From Sulfobacillus benefaciens (lineage in GTDB: Bacteria; Bacillota; Sulfobacillia; Sulfobacillales; Sulfobacillaceae): a DNA stretch of 12,869 nucleotides. The position numbers were made by a program, and so were the translations under genes. Within the stretch, counting starts at the first letter, position 1, and each line of letters opens with the position of its first letter. Where the stretch lies: contig PXYT01000079.1 in the NCBI GenBank assembly GCA_003023725.1, positions 1 to 12,869 on the forward strand, written 5' to 3'. The notes under the pieces are model-generated. The model saw only the letters and a list, made by a program, of their open reading frames with translations. It did no database searches and was not told the origin of the DNA. Positions 1 through 8,418 of the stretch are shown here, one piece after another.

Positions 1-1
1 G

Positions 2-784
2 AATCAGCTATATCAAGATTCACGAATCCTTCAACAGAAAAAACTGGTGCGTTATGGATATGTTTGGGAAGGAAATTCCTACGAAGGTCTCACCTGCGAC
101 TGGATGGAATTTATGACCGATGCCGGTGGCAAAATTTTCAGCAACGCGTCGTTAACCCATTCCGTCATTGACTCTGCGGCATCACTCAAAGCCCTGACCT
201 TTATGCGCAAGTTAATTACCAGCGGAGTTAGCCCTTCATCCGTAACAACCTTTGAAGAACCACAAGCGATGGCTGTTTTTGACGCTGGTCAAAGTGCATT
301 TTTGCGCAACTGGGATTATGCATGGTCTAACTCTAATGACCCGAAAGTCTCCAAGGTCGTGGGCCATGTGGGTGTTGCCCCTCTCCCGACATTCTCTCAA
401 TCGCAATACCCGGGGTACTCAAACATCGGTGGATGGGATATTTACGTCAATCCCCACAGCCAGCACGTCTCACAAGACTTAAGCTTTATTCGTTGGATGA
501 CTGGCACTCAAGCGCAAACGGTATTGGCCACGAAATATTCGGAAATCCCTACCAACTATTCGGTGCAGAAGAACCCCACCGTCAAACGAGTGAATCCGGT
601 ACTGAACATCGTCAGTAAAGTAAGGCTGGTTCCGCGGCCTTCGGGAACTCCATCCTATCCTAAGATTAGTCAGGCCATCTATACGAACATCAACAGCGCA
701 CTAACAGGATCGCTTTCACCGAGCGCAGCCCTCAAAAAAGCCCAGGCACAGATAGATCGGGCGGTCAGCAAGAATTCACTGTAA
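2..784 (+). CDS. ABC transporter extracellular solute-binding protein (family 1, sugar type), 5' end outside window
   Basis: The frame is open from nt 2 with no stop before the GTG at 47 used by the ORF track, so the gene starts upstream of the window. It lies directly upstream of two MalF/MalG-type permease genes. The sequence has carbohydrate-SBP character (WDYAWSNSNDPK, GGWDIYVNPHS, LATKYSEIPT). Confidence 0.85.
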   Translation, partial: NQLYQDSRILQQKKLVRYGYVWEGNSYEGLTCDWMEFMTDAGGKIFSNASLTHSVIDSAASLKALTFMRKLITSGVSPSSVTTFEEPQAMAVFDAGQSAFLRNWDYAWSNSNDPKVSKVVGHVGVAPLPTFSQSQYPGYSNIGGWDIYVNPHSQHVSQDLSFIRWMTGTQAQTVLATKYSEIPTNYSVQKNPTVKRVNPVLNIVSKVRLVPRPSGTPSYPKISQAIYTNINSALTGSLSPSAALKKAQAQIDRAVSKNSL

Positions 785-845
785 GAGACCGATAAAAGGC
801 TTTATGCCTATCCTATCCTACCTAGTGTCCTAAAAGGAGTTATTT

Positions 846-1811
846 ATGGGTACACCTAAGCTCTTAGAACCTCAATTGACAAACCCATCCCCTCGTCCTG
901 AAAAGAGATCACCAGGGTTAAGCCGTCGTCTAGCTCGACAAGGTTGGGCGTTCGCCTTGCCTGCCTTGGTAATGATTGCAGCAATTACCATTTTCCCGAT
1001 CTTGTACTCTGTCATAGTCAGCTTGAATCATATTACCTTTACATCGCAAGGTTACCATTTTCAATGGGTAGGCCTACATAATTATTCGGTGATTTTTTCA
1101 AATCCGCTATATCGATACTCATTGATTTTTACAGTGATTTATACGATCGTCACCGTGTTTGTTGAATTAGTCGTAGGCCTGCTCATTGCGCTGGTTCTGG
1201 ATAAATTGATTGCGGGACGGGGACTGATGCTGGCTGTGCTGCTTCTGCCCTGGTCCTTGATTACCGTTATTTCGGCTGAAATGTGGAATTACATCTATAA
1301 CGGCGTATATGGTGTGCTCAATGCGCTGTTGATAGGAATCGGTATCTTGCACACGCCGGTAGTGTGGCTAGGGAAACCATTCATTGCAATCGTTTCTATG
1401 ATGTTCGCGGATATCTGGAAAACGACACCCTTCGTTGCCATTATCTTATTGGCCGGACTGCAGATGATTCCTCATGAACTGTATGAAGCCGCTGAGATGG
1501 ACGGCGCCAGTGGATCGGCGCGTTTTTGGCGCATTACGTTTCCGTTATTGCGGCCGACTATTGCGCTATCCGTCCTTTTTCGAGTGTTGCAAGCCTTTGG
1601 TATTTTTGACTTGCCGTTTGTACTCACTCAAGGAGGACCCGGTCACGCTACCGAATCGTTGGCTTTGCTGGGATGGCAAGTTATGTTTCAAGATTTGAAC
1701 ATGGGTCGGGGCGCGGCTATCGCCGCCAGTACAACGCTTATTGTCTTGGGCGCTTCACTATTAGTCTTACGAGCATTTCGCGCTCAAGTCGGAGAGGAGG
1801 ACCTGGGATGA
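846..1811 (+). CDS. ABC sugar transporter permease (MalF/UgpA-like)
   Basis: 321 aa and multi-TM. It carries the EAA-loop signature of binding-protein-dependent permeases (EAAEMDGASGSARFWRITFPLLRP). AAGGAG at 834-839 lies 6 nt before the ATG at 846. Confidence 0.9.
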   Translation: MGTPKLLEPQLTNPSPRPEKRSPGLSRRLARQGWAFALPALVMIAAITIFPILYSVIVSLNHITFTSQGYHFQWVGLHNYSVIFSNPLYRYSLIFTVIYTIVTVFVELVVGLLIALVLDKLIAGRGLMLAVLLLPWSLITVISAEMWNYIYNGVYGVLNALLIGIGILHTPVVWLGKPFIAIVSMMFADIWKTTPFVAIILLAGLQMIPHELYEAAEMDGASGSARFWRITFPLLRPTIALSVLFRVLQAFGIFDLPFVLTQGGPGHATESLALLGWQVMFQDLNMGRGAAIAASTTLIVLGASLLVLRAFRAQVGEEDLG

Positions 1812-2647
1812 AGATGCGACGCCGTGCCAGACGCACGCAAATGATAGCCACTTTATGGTCTATTGTCATTGCACTGTTTATGCTGGCTCCTCTATATTGG
1901 CTCGTTACTACGTCATTCAAAACACCGTCCGAGATCGGCGCTTCACCTCCTACTGTGGTACCAAACCCCGTTAGTCTGCACAATTACGCTCGGGCATTTA
2001 CCTATTACCATTTTCAAGTTTACATGCGTAACAGTGTGATTGTGTCAGTGGGAGCGACGATCTTGGTTTTGGCTCTTGGTTCCATGGCGGGATACAGTCT
2101 AGGGCGTCTTCCGGTGCGCGGGAAACACAGCATCTTGGTGGCACTCTTAATGATTTCAGTGTTCCCGGAAATCGCCGTAATTTCCCCATTGTTTATGCTG
2201 ATGCGAACACTGGGCTGGCTTAATTCATATCAAGCGCTGATTATCCCGTATACCGCCTTCAATTTACCGTTTGCCATTTGGATCCTCCGGAATTACTTTT
2301 TAGTCATTCCGCGAGAAATGGAGGAAGTCGCAAGGATCGACGGAGCCTCAGCTCTTAGAACGTTGGTTCAGATAATTTTGCCGCAAGCTACTCCCGGACT
2401 TTTTACCGCGGGAGTGTTTACGTTTACCGCGGCATGGACGGAATTTCTCATGGCCCTAACATTTAATTCCAGCCCTGAATTTCGAACCATCCCAGTAGGG
2501 ATTGCTCTCTTTGGCGCTCAATTCGTCATCCCCTATGGCACCATTTTTGCCGCATCCACTGCGGCTGTTGTGCCAATTGGCATTTTAGTGCTGGTTTTCC
2601 GGCGATCGGTAGTGTCCGGACTCACTCAAGGAGCTGTCAAAGGTTAA
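1808..2647 (+). CDS. ABC sugar transporter permease (MalG/UgpE-like)
   Basis: I prefer the ATG at 1808. It overlaps the stop of the previous gene as ATGA (1808-1811) and is preceded by GGAGAGGAGG. The EAA loop is EVARIDGASALRTLVQIILPQATP. The product is 279 aa and multi-TM. Confidence 0.9.
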   Translation: MKMRRRARRTQMIATLWSIVIALFMLAPLYWLVTTSFKTPSEIGASPPTVVPNPVSLHNYARAFTYYHFQVYMRNSVIVSVGATILVLALGSMAGYSLGRLPVRGKHSILVALLMISVFPEIAVISPLFMLMRTLGWLNSYQALIIPYTAFNLPFAIWILRNYFLVIPREMEEVARIDGASALRTLVQIILPQATPGLFTAGVFTFTAAWTEFLMALTFNSSPEFRTIPVGIALFGAQFVIPYGTIFAASTAAVVPIGILVLVFRRSVVSGLTQGAVKG

Positions 2648-2672
2648 CATGATTATCTAAAGGAGTTCAATT

Positions 2673-5105
2673 ATGGCTGATAGAGTTGATGCCTCACTTT
2701 CCAAGAATTTTGATGTCCAAGAGATTAGGACTGCACGCCTGTCGGCGAATCGGCGCTCCGTCACATTGGAAAGCCCTACGGAGACTTGGTCCATTGCCAT
2801 TATGAGCGGAATTGTTCATGTGCATCTCCGAAATGGAGTGGATACCTTTCACGACCAGATCTTGCCGCTCTTGGGGGGAGGGCCACAGCCCTCGCCGTTG
2901 ACGTTGATGACCTTGGGTTCAAACGCATGGAACATCAAAGGTGACAGTCTCACTATCCGAATTGAAAGAAGCGGTCAATTTCGGGTTCAATGTGCGGGGG
3001 AAACGGTATTTGTCCTGGAAAAATGGCGACGTGAAGGAACAAAACTCTCTTGTGAATGCCGCCTAAACTCTGAAGAGCACGTGTATGGAATGGGCGAAAA
3101 AACAGGCTCGCTGAATAAGCGCGGTCAGTGTTCGACCCAATGGACCACCGACGTTCATCCGCATACCGCCGACGTGGACGCCATGTATCAAGCTTTACCG
3201 ATGACCTTATTGGGAAGCCCAAATGGTTCTCGCGGAATTTTCTTGGCGAACACTTTCAGAACATTTTTTGATAGCCGTGCGAGCGACAGTCTGACTATTG
3301 CGGCTGACGATGGCCCCCTCTCGTTATATCTGTTTACGGGACCTACTCCCCAGGCTGTTCTGGAACAATATACTGCCGTTACCGGACACCCTCTTCTACC
3401 CCCACGCTGGGCTCTAGGATATCAGCAGAGTCGTTACAGCTACTTGAGTGCAAACGAAGTATTAGATATTGCCCGAGAATTTCGAGCCCGTGATATTCCT
3501 TTGGACGTGCTCTATTTAGACATCGATTACATGGATGGATTTCGCGTGTTTACATGGAATCCCACCACCTTTCCGAATCCGGGGAAAATGATTAAAGAAC
3601 TCAACAGCATGGGAATTCACATCGTGGCCATCATCGACCCCGGAGTAAAGGCGGAAACCGGATACCGCGTCTATGATGAAGGATTATCTCAAGACGCGTT
3701 TGTACGCTACACCGACGACACTTTGTTTAGAAGCCACGTGTGGCCAGGATTATGCGTGTTCCCAGATTTTTTGCAAACGCATGTACGCACATGGTGGGCA
3801 GAGAAAAATCGTCAATTGATGGAGATGGGACTTTCAGGCATCTGGAACGACATGAACGAACCTGCCTTGTGGGGAAACGAGTTGGGGGACCCCACAAGAA
3901 CGGGACAGAGTAATGATGAAGGATTGGTCCATCGAACGGATGCGGGCACCTTGCTTCCTCATGCCGGAGTTCACAACGTGTACGCCCTTTTGGAAGCGAT
4001 AGCTACCTACCAGGGATTGGGGGGGATGGAAACCGATCCTTCACGGTCTCGGCCGTTTATTCTTAGTCGGTCAGGTTTTAGCGGTATCCAACAATTTTCA
4101 GCGGTCTGGACGGGCGACAATAATAGTTCATGGGAGCATTTGTCTATGGCTATCCCGATGTGCTTGAACATGGGAATGTCTGGCATACCGTTCGTAGGAC
4201 CAGACCTGGGTGGATTTTTTGGCAATCCCCAACCAGAACTCTTTATTCGCTGGATGGAAGCAGGAGTTTTTTTCCCGTTTCTCCGTGCTCACACGGATAA
4301 AGATGCTTCTCCCAATGAACCTTGGTGCTTTGGTTCGGAAGCCGAGTCGATTGCTCGCCAGTTCATTGGGTATCGCTACCGTCTTCTGCCCTACCTCGAA
4401 AGTTTGTTTGCAGAGTCTAATCAAACAGGTGCACCAATCATGCGACCATTGTTTTGGGCCAATCCTGATGATCCCCTGGCGTATGCCGTAGATGATCAAT
4501 TTCTTGTCGGGGATATGCTTCTTATTGCGCCAGTTACACGTCCGAATGCTCGTCAGCGCCCCGTCTATCTGCCGAACGGAGTGTGGTATGATTTCTGGAC
4601 CGGCCACCGTCACGGTGGACCGACTCACATCATGGCAGACGCTCCATTAAACCGCATTCCTGTCTTCGTGCGATCAGGAGCTATTATCCCACTGGGACCT
4701 CCCGTGACGTCAACCAAACACCTGGAAGAACTTGGCCGGGAAGGAACCGGTAATATCGAGAGCTTATTTATTGTATCAGGCACCGGACATTTTACTGCGT
4801 ACACCGACGATGGCACGACATTCTTGTATCAACGTGGACATTGGCGCAGAATATATGTACGCGTACAATCCATTGAGAAATCCACGGTCGTACATCTTAG
4901 CATGGTGAACGGATCCTTAGATGCACCCTTGCCGCTTGGCCGCTTTAGAGTACTCATAGGATATTTCACTACTGCTCCCCAAGCAGCACGTGTAGACGGT
5001 CGGCTTACTGCTTGGAAGTGGGATCCGAACACGGGCATAGTGACAATCATACTGCCTCGAGTGTTAACGTTGAACGAACCGATGATCATAGCTGTTGAAG
5101 GTTAA
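2673..5105 (+). CDS. GH31 family alpha-glucosidase
   Basis: 810 aa. The GH31 nucleophile motif GIWNDMNEP is present (Asp393, codon 3849-3851). The acid/base region AVWTGDN is present (Asp482, codon 4116-4118). AAGGAG at 2660-2665 lies 7 nt before the ATG. It is the last gene of the sugar operon. Confidence 0.9.
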   Translation: MADRVDASLSKNFDVQEIRTARLSANRRSVTLESPTETWSIAIMSGIVHVHLRNGVDTFHDQILPLLGGGPQPSPLTLMTLGSNAWNIKGDSLTIRIERSGQFRVQCAGETVFVLEKWRREGTKLSCECRLNSEEHVYGMGEKTGSLNKRGQCSTQWTTDVHPHTADVDAMYQALPMTLLGSPNGSRGIFLANTFRTFFDSRASDSLTIAADDGPLSLYLFTGPTPQAVLEQYTAVTGHPLLPPRWALGYQQSRYSYLSANEVLDIAREFRARDIPLDVLYLDIDYMDGFRVFTWNPTTFPNPGKMIKELNSMGIHIVAIIDPGVKAETGYRVYDEGLSQDAFVRYTDDTLFRSHVWPGLCVFPDFLQTHVRTWWAEKNRQLMEMGLSGIWNDMNEPALWGNELGDPTRTGQSNDEGLVHRTDAGTLLPHAGVHNVYALLEAIATYQGLGGMETDPSRSRPFILSRSGFSGIQQFSAVWTGDNNSSWEHLSMAIPMCLNMGMSGIPFVGPDLGGFFGNPQPELFIRWMEAGVFFPFLRAHTDKDASPNEPWCFGSEAESIARQFIGYRYRLLPYLESLFAESNQTGAPIMRPLFWANPDDPLAYAVDDQFLVGDMLLIAPVTRPNARQRPVYLPNGVWYDFWTGHRHGGPTHIMADAPLNRIPVFVRSGAIIPLGPPVTSTKHLEELGREGTGNIESLFIVSGTGHFTAYTDDGTTFLYQRGHWRRIYVRVQSIEKSTVVHLSMVNGSLDAPLPLGRFRVLIGYFTTAPQAARVDGRLTAWKWDPNTGIVTIILPRVLTLNEPMIIAVEG

Positions 5106-5143
5106 TAGAGAAGATCGACGATTACACTCTCTAGCAATGGCCG

Positions 5144-5692
5144 TCAAATGATGCTCGGCTCTGTCACGTTGTTTATCATCGTTCTAAATCGGCATGCGTT
5201 GCGCAAGAGGCTTATACCCTTAACGTGTTTTGGCGAATTCCCTTTTGTTGTCTGAATATCCGCGGAGGCTTTTTTCTCACCCCCACGATTGTCACGAAAA
5301 CAGAAAACATCTGCAGGCGAGGCGGTGACGGCTAGGCGAAAGCGATCAATGTGTACGCCTGTGTCGACGAGTGCAGGCTCTCGTGAAAAGGTTGCCCATC
5401 ATTCATGAGCATTCTGCCACCCACTATGAGGCCCGGATCCATTACCGGATCCGTTGCGGCGAAAGAACAGCAAGGACGTCGAACGCGACACGGGATCGAT
5501 TCCGAATCCGGATGTCCCTAAATAAAGGACATTATCGTCATCTTCCAGTCCCAATATCGCGAACCCGCCCCTGAGAGAAATTTGGGGAACAACCGCAGGG
5601 GCGATCAAGATCCGGTTCCCCGAAAGTGCTGCGGCATCCCGGGTTTTCACGTCGCACCCGGTTTTGAACCTCTGGAGGCCGCGCCGTCTCAC
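5144..5692 (-). pseudogene. Unassigned 183-codon reading frame broken by one in-frame TGA (5399-5401)
   Basis: The 97-aa track ORF 5399-5692 continues in the same frame for 84 more sense codons (WATFSREPALVDTGVHIDRFRLAV...) to a TGA at 5144-5146. There is no convincing RBS and I recognise no family. Confidence 0.25.
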
Positions 5693-5735
5693 AATATCGT
5701 TTTCAAAACTCTATAACCTGTCTGGCGCTTCACAC

Positions 5736-6548
5736 TCAACCCATGACGATTAACGCAGCGCCAATAGCAATTGCAATGGATATCCACAGAGCGTCACGCC
5801 GCATGCGCTCCCGCAAAAAGAGCCATCCCATCCAAGGAGACAGAGCGATGCCAATCTGTCGCAGTGCCAAAACGGGAGCCGCTGCAGTTCGCTGGTACGC
5901 GTAGAGAATAAGGAGATATGAGATCATACTCATCAGCCCTGCTCCAGCAGCCACATGAACTCGTACCACTGTACGATCTTTGAGTGCCCATGGAGTCAAC
6001 ACCACTGCCGTTCCCAAGAACTGGCATGCTATATAGGGAATTGGCGACAGGAGGTGAACACCGTGGCTGTCGGTCGTTGAATACACCGCAATGCTGGCCA
6101 TCACTAAAAGCGTCCACGACATCCGGGAAAGCGTCCAACGAGCACGAAAAGCCGGCACCATCACCGCCAAGGCAACCACAAGTATCCCGCACAGTGTCAC
6201 AAGAGGAATCGGCTGCTGCAAAAGCAGTCCAGCCAAAAGCACCGTGCCCAGAATGCCTCCGCCCCGCGTAGCTGGATAGATGTCACCCAGATCGCCCTCC
6301 TTATAGGCGTGAGCCAACCCCGAAAAATAGAAAGCATGTGCGATGATTGTTCCTGACAGCCACGGCCACACACGATGAAAGTCCGGTGAAAAACCCAGCG
6401 CCAAAGCGGCAACGGTGGCGAGCAGCCCCCCAGCCAGAGTAAGATACCACACAAACTTGAGACTTCCCGGCTCATGGCGCACCAAAAGGTTCCAAGTCAG
6501 ATGCAGGAGCGCCGAGGCCAAGACCAAGCCCGCCACCAGTTCAGACAT
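5736..6548 (-). CDS. EamA/DMT-superfamily-like integral membrane transporter
   Basis: 270 aa and hydrophobic almost throughout (about 9-10 TM segments), with two similar halves typical of EamA-type carriers. GGAAGGTGA lies 6 nt upstream of the ATG at 6548. Confidence 0.75.
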   Translation of the reverse strand: MSELVAGLVLASALLHLTWNLLVRHEPGSLKFVWYLTLAGGLLATVAALALGFSPDFHRVWPWLSGTIIAHAFYFSGLAHAYKEGDLGDIYPATRGGGILGTVLLAGLLLQQPIPLVTLCGILVVALAVMVPAFRARWTLSRMSWTLLVMASIAVYSTTDSHGVHLLSPIPYIACQFLGTAVVLTPWALKDRTVVRVHVAAGAGLMSMISYLLILYAYQRTAAAPVLALRQIGIALSPWMGWLFLRERMRRDALWISIAIAIGAALIVMG

Positions 6549-6905
6549 TACGCATCACCTTCCACACAGCGCCATAGTGGGCAAAGGCAGAGCTTCTTGA
6601 AAACATCCTCAAAGAATTTCTGAAACTGTGCCGGTCGTTGGAATCCGTCTTGAGCACACTCTGCAGGCATGGATCACAACCCCCAGCCTTATGTTTGACA
6701 GACTTCCACAAAATGCCAGAACAGAGCCTGTTTAGTGCTATTTCCTGGGTTTTGCTTTTTCATCCATCAATCCAGACACGACGAAATAGCGTCCCCTTTA
6801 CAGTGCCGACATCCAAACCCGAAGATGTGATCCTGTGAGTACAGCCATCAAATCCGGCGGTGAGCCAGCGTCTTGGGCCTATTTGTGTTCACTTTTTGCC
6901 CATTC
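6548..6905 (-). pseudogene. Remnant of an AraC-family HTH regulator (C-terminal DNA-binding domain only, frame-broken)
   Basis: The minus strand reads ...AECAQDGFQRPAQFQKFFEDVFKK.. (6646 downward). This resembles the second AraC HTH (IA.ecGF.s.s.F.r.Fkk). Its TAA (6550-6548) overlaps the eamA-like ATG by 1 nt. Upstream, HTH1-like text (AQDAGSPPDLMAV...EKAKPRK) appears only across stops and frame changes. No N-terminal domain is present. Confidence 0.35.
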
Positions 6906-7034
6906 GTGATCTTACTCCTACCTTACTAAAGGATGCCGAATATAGGATCGTCCCGTCTGCATCAAATCAGCGGTGGTACGGGGACTACTCCGTCCTTCAG
7001 GAAGAGGGAGAGGAGCGCCGTGTCTCTCCTTTTC

Positions 7035-8159
7035 TCATGATGCGATCGGTTGTTGGATATACTGCCGGCCGTCACTCAGTTGCAGAACGTGTCCGGGTTT
7101 CCCGAATGTTTTGGGACGCTGATCGGAGTCAGCGGCGATGACGAGGCGCCCGCCCCTTTCACACCCCGGCATACTTTCCGCGAATAATGCCGGCGTAGAC
7201 CAGATCCCCGGCCTGAAAGCCCAACCGCTGTTTCTTTTACGGCGCGACGCATAGCGAATAGAAAACCCGTATTGATCGCTTCGGCATATTTGTCGTAGCC
7301 CTCGGCCCTTCACGGTTCCCACCTGGACAATAGGCGAAGAGGCGCATACAGTCATGGGCAGTGCTCGCTGCCACGCAAAGAGCATCGTAATTATGTTCTT
7401 TAGGCCGGTTATGCTGAACCCGTTGCATTTTGGTAGAAAGCCCTCCGGCCCCGCCTCCCACGGGGAGTCCCGTGGCTTGCCGTTGGGTCTACAGCTTCTA
7501 CCAGGCCGCATTCATGAACCCTGCTCCTCGCAGCGATTTTTTTGGTTCGTGTTTGGATATCCGGATGTCCAAATTCCGCGCCGGTTTTGCGATCTTCATC
7601 CTGATTACAATCGTGGCACGCTTTGCTGATATTCCGCCCCTGAAGTTTCGGGGGTTTCGAGCTTGTGCGTATCACATTTAACGTGTTCGGCGCTGAGGGC
7701 CGCAATGGGCAGGAATTTTCGGAGTTTCACTGCCGCATTAACCGTTTTATTTACGCGCGTTTGTAAACTTGGTGGTAGCCAACCTGTTCGACGCTTGCGA
7801 TGGAGAAACCTTGATTGACGATAACGAGTTTTCCGATTGCGTCGCGCTCGCCGCAGGCCACTCCGACTGTCGAGTTTGTCTTTAATATGGGCCTTGGCAA
7901 ACCTGTCGCTCAGAAAAACCGCCTTTGTACTGGGCGTCCCTTGCAGGGTCACGGCTACACCGGTTATTTTGGTCCCCGGATCGAACTTGAGTGGTATATC
8001 TTGCAATACCGACCCTTGTTGCACGCGATCCACCAGTCGCATAGGGAATGAGTACCGCTTATGGATTCCGGCTCGACCGCGTTCCAAGAGCAATCGCACG
8101 GGTTTTTCCGAGCACGGCATCCACGGTCTTTGATGTTTATCCAACACGAATACGGCCAT
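7035..8159 (-). pseudogene. iscB: IscB (OMEGA RNA-guided nuclease, IS200/IS605 superfamily) pseudogene
   Basis: ORF 7605-8159 carries the PLMP-type N-terminus (MAVFVLDKHQRPWMPCSEKP), RuvC-I (LKFDPGTKITGVAV), an Arg-rich bridge helix (RRARRNRKTRYRQSRFLHRKRRTGWLPPSL) and RuvC-II (LSAEHVKCD..AEYQQ). Homology then continues only in shifted frames. These hold the HNH C-terminal half ACHDCNQDEDRKTGAEFGHPDIQ (7621-7553) and RuvC-III GLPVGGGAGGLSTKMQRV..PKEHNYDALCV. The C-terminal pieces are VKGRGLRQICRSDQYGF, GFQAGDLVYAGIIRGKYAGV and LQLSDGRQY. Internal stops lie at 7498-7500, 7489-7491, 7237-7239 and 7159-7161. Confidence 0.85.
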
Positions 8160-8400
8160 GTTAAAAACTCCTTTGCCCTTACGGGCCCGGTGACACGTTC
8201 TGACGACCCTCTCTCCTCGCCAAAGTTATCCCAGCTGGTTTGGCCCGTCATACCCTCGCACCTCTAGCCGGCTGTTTAATGACGGGCGGCAGAGTGGGAA
8301 ACCGGAGAAGCATTCCCCGCTGCCCTAACCGAAATAACTAAAGTACCCTAGGCACGAAAGCTGGTCAACCCAGGAGCTTTCACAAGTCCTGTCCTTTAGG
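8160..8400 (-). ncRNA. Candidate IscB omegaRNA (HEARO-type guide RNA scaffold)
   Basis: ORF-free region immediately 5' of iscB on the same strand. Nested helices read on the minus strand are GGCAG 8324-8320 / CUGCC 8292-8288 and GGGAA 8317-8313 / UUCCC 8300-8296. There is also a perfect 9-bp helix GCCCGUCAU 8287-8279 / AUGACGGGC 8251-8243. A GCCC-GUAA-GGGC GNRA hairpin (8186-8175) abuts the AAAGGAG RBS. The 5' boundary is only estimated. Confidence 0.6.
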
Positions 8401-8418
8401 ACGGCGTGGCTGAGTTGT

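Larger units (their letters stand above)
6906..8400 (-). mobile_element. Decayed IscB-type IS200/IS605-superfamily element (no tnpA); ends approximate
   Basis: The span combines the omegaRNA-like leader and the iscB pseudogene. It is wedged between the pit stop (8419) and an AraC-type remnant. Exact left and right ends cannot be fixed from a single copy. Confidence 0.45.

Noticed and set aside
47-49. GTG at 47 as the start of the solute-binding protein gene
   Set aside because: The frame is open back to nt 2. A mature SBP of 245 aa without a signal peptide or lipobox is implausible, so the gene is truncated by the window edge.
1673-1807. N-terminal extension of the second permease (track ORF starts at 1673)
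   Set aside because: The extension lies entirely inside the first permease gene and reads as Arg/Ser-rich junk. The ATG at 1808 has a GGAGG-type RBS and an ATGA stop-start overlap.
2953-5089. Antisense and nested ORFs inside the GH31 gene (2953-3222, 4007-4225, 4128-4628, 4210-4491, 4625-4816, 4829-5089)
   Set aside because: They lie wholly within a well-supported 810-aa gene and have biased, low-complexity compositions with no RBS or motifs. They are shadow ORFs.
5261-5276. T-run 5270-5275 as the intrinsic terminator of the glucosidase operon
   Set aside because: Only the 6-bp palindrome CCGCGG precedes it, and no real GC-rich stem can be drawn.
5399-5401. In-frame TGA read as selenocysteine
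   Set aside because: There is no recognisable selenoprotein family or redox motif around the codon. I could not identify a SECIS-like hairpin immediately downstream. A pseudogene or chance frame is the more economical reading.
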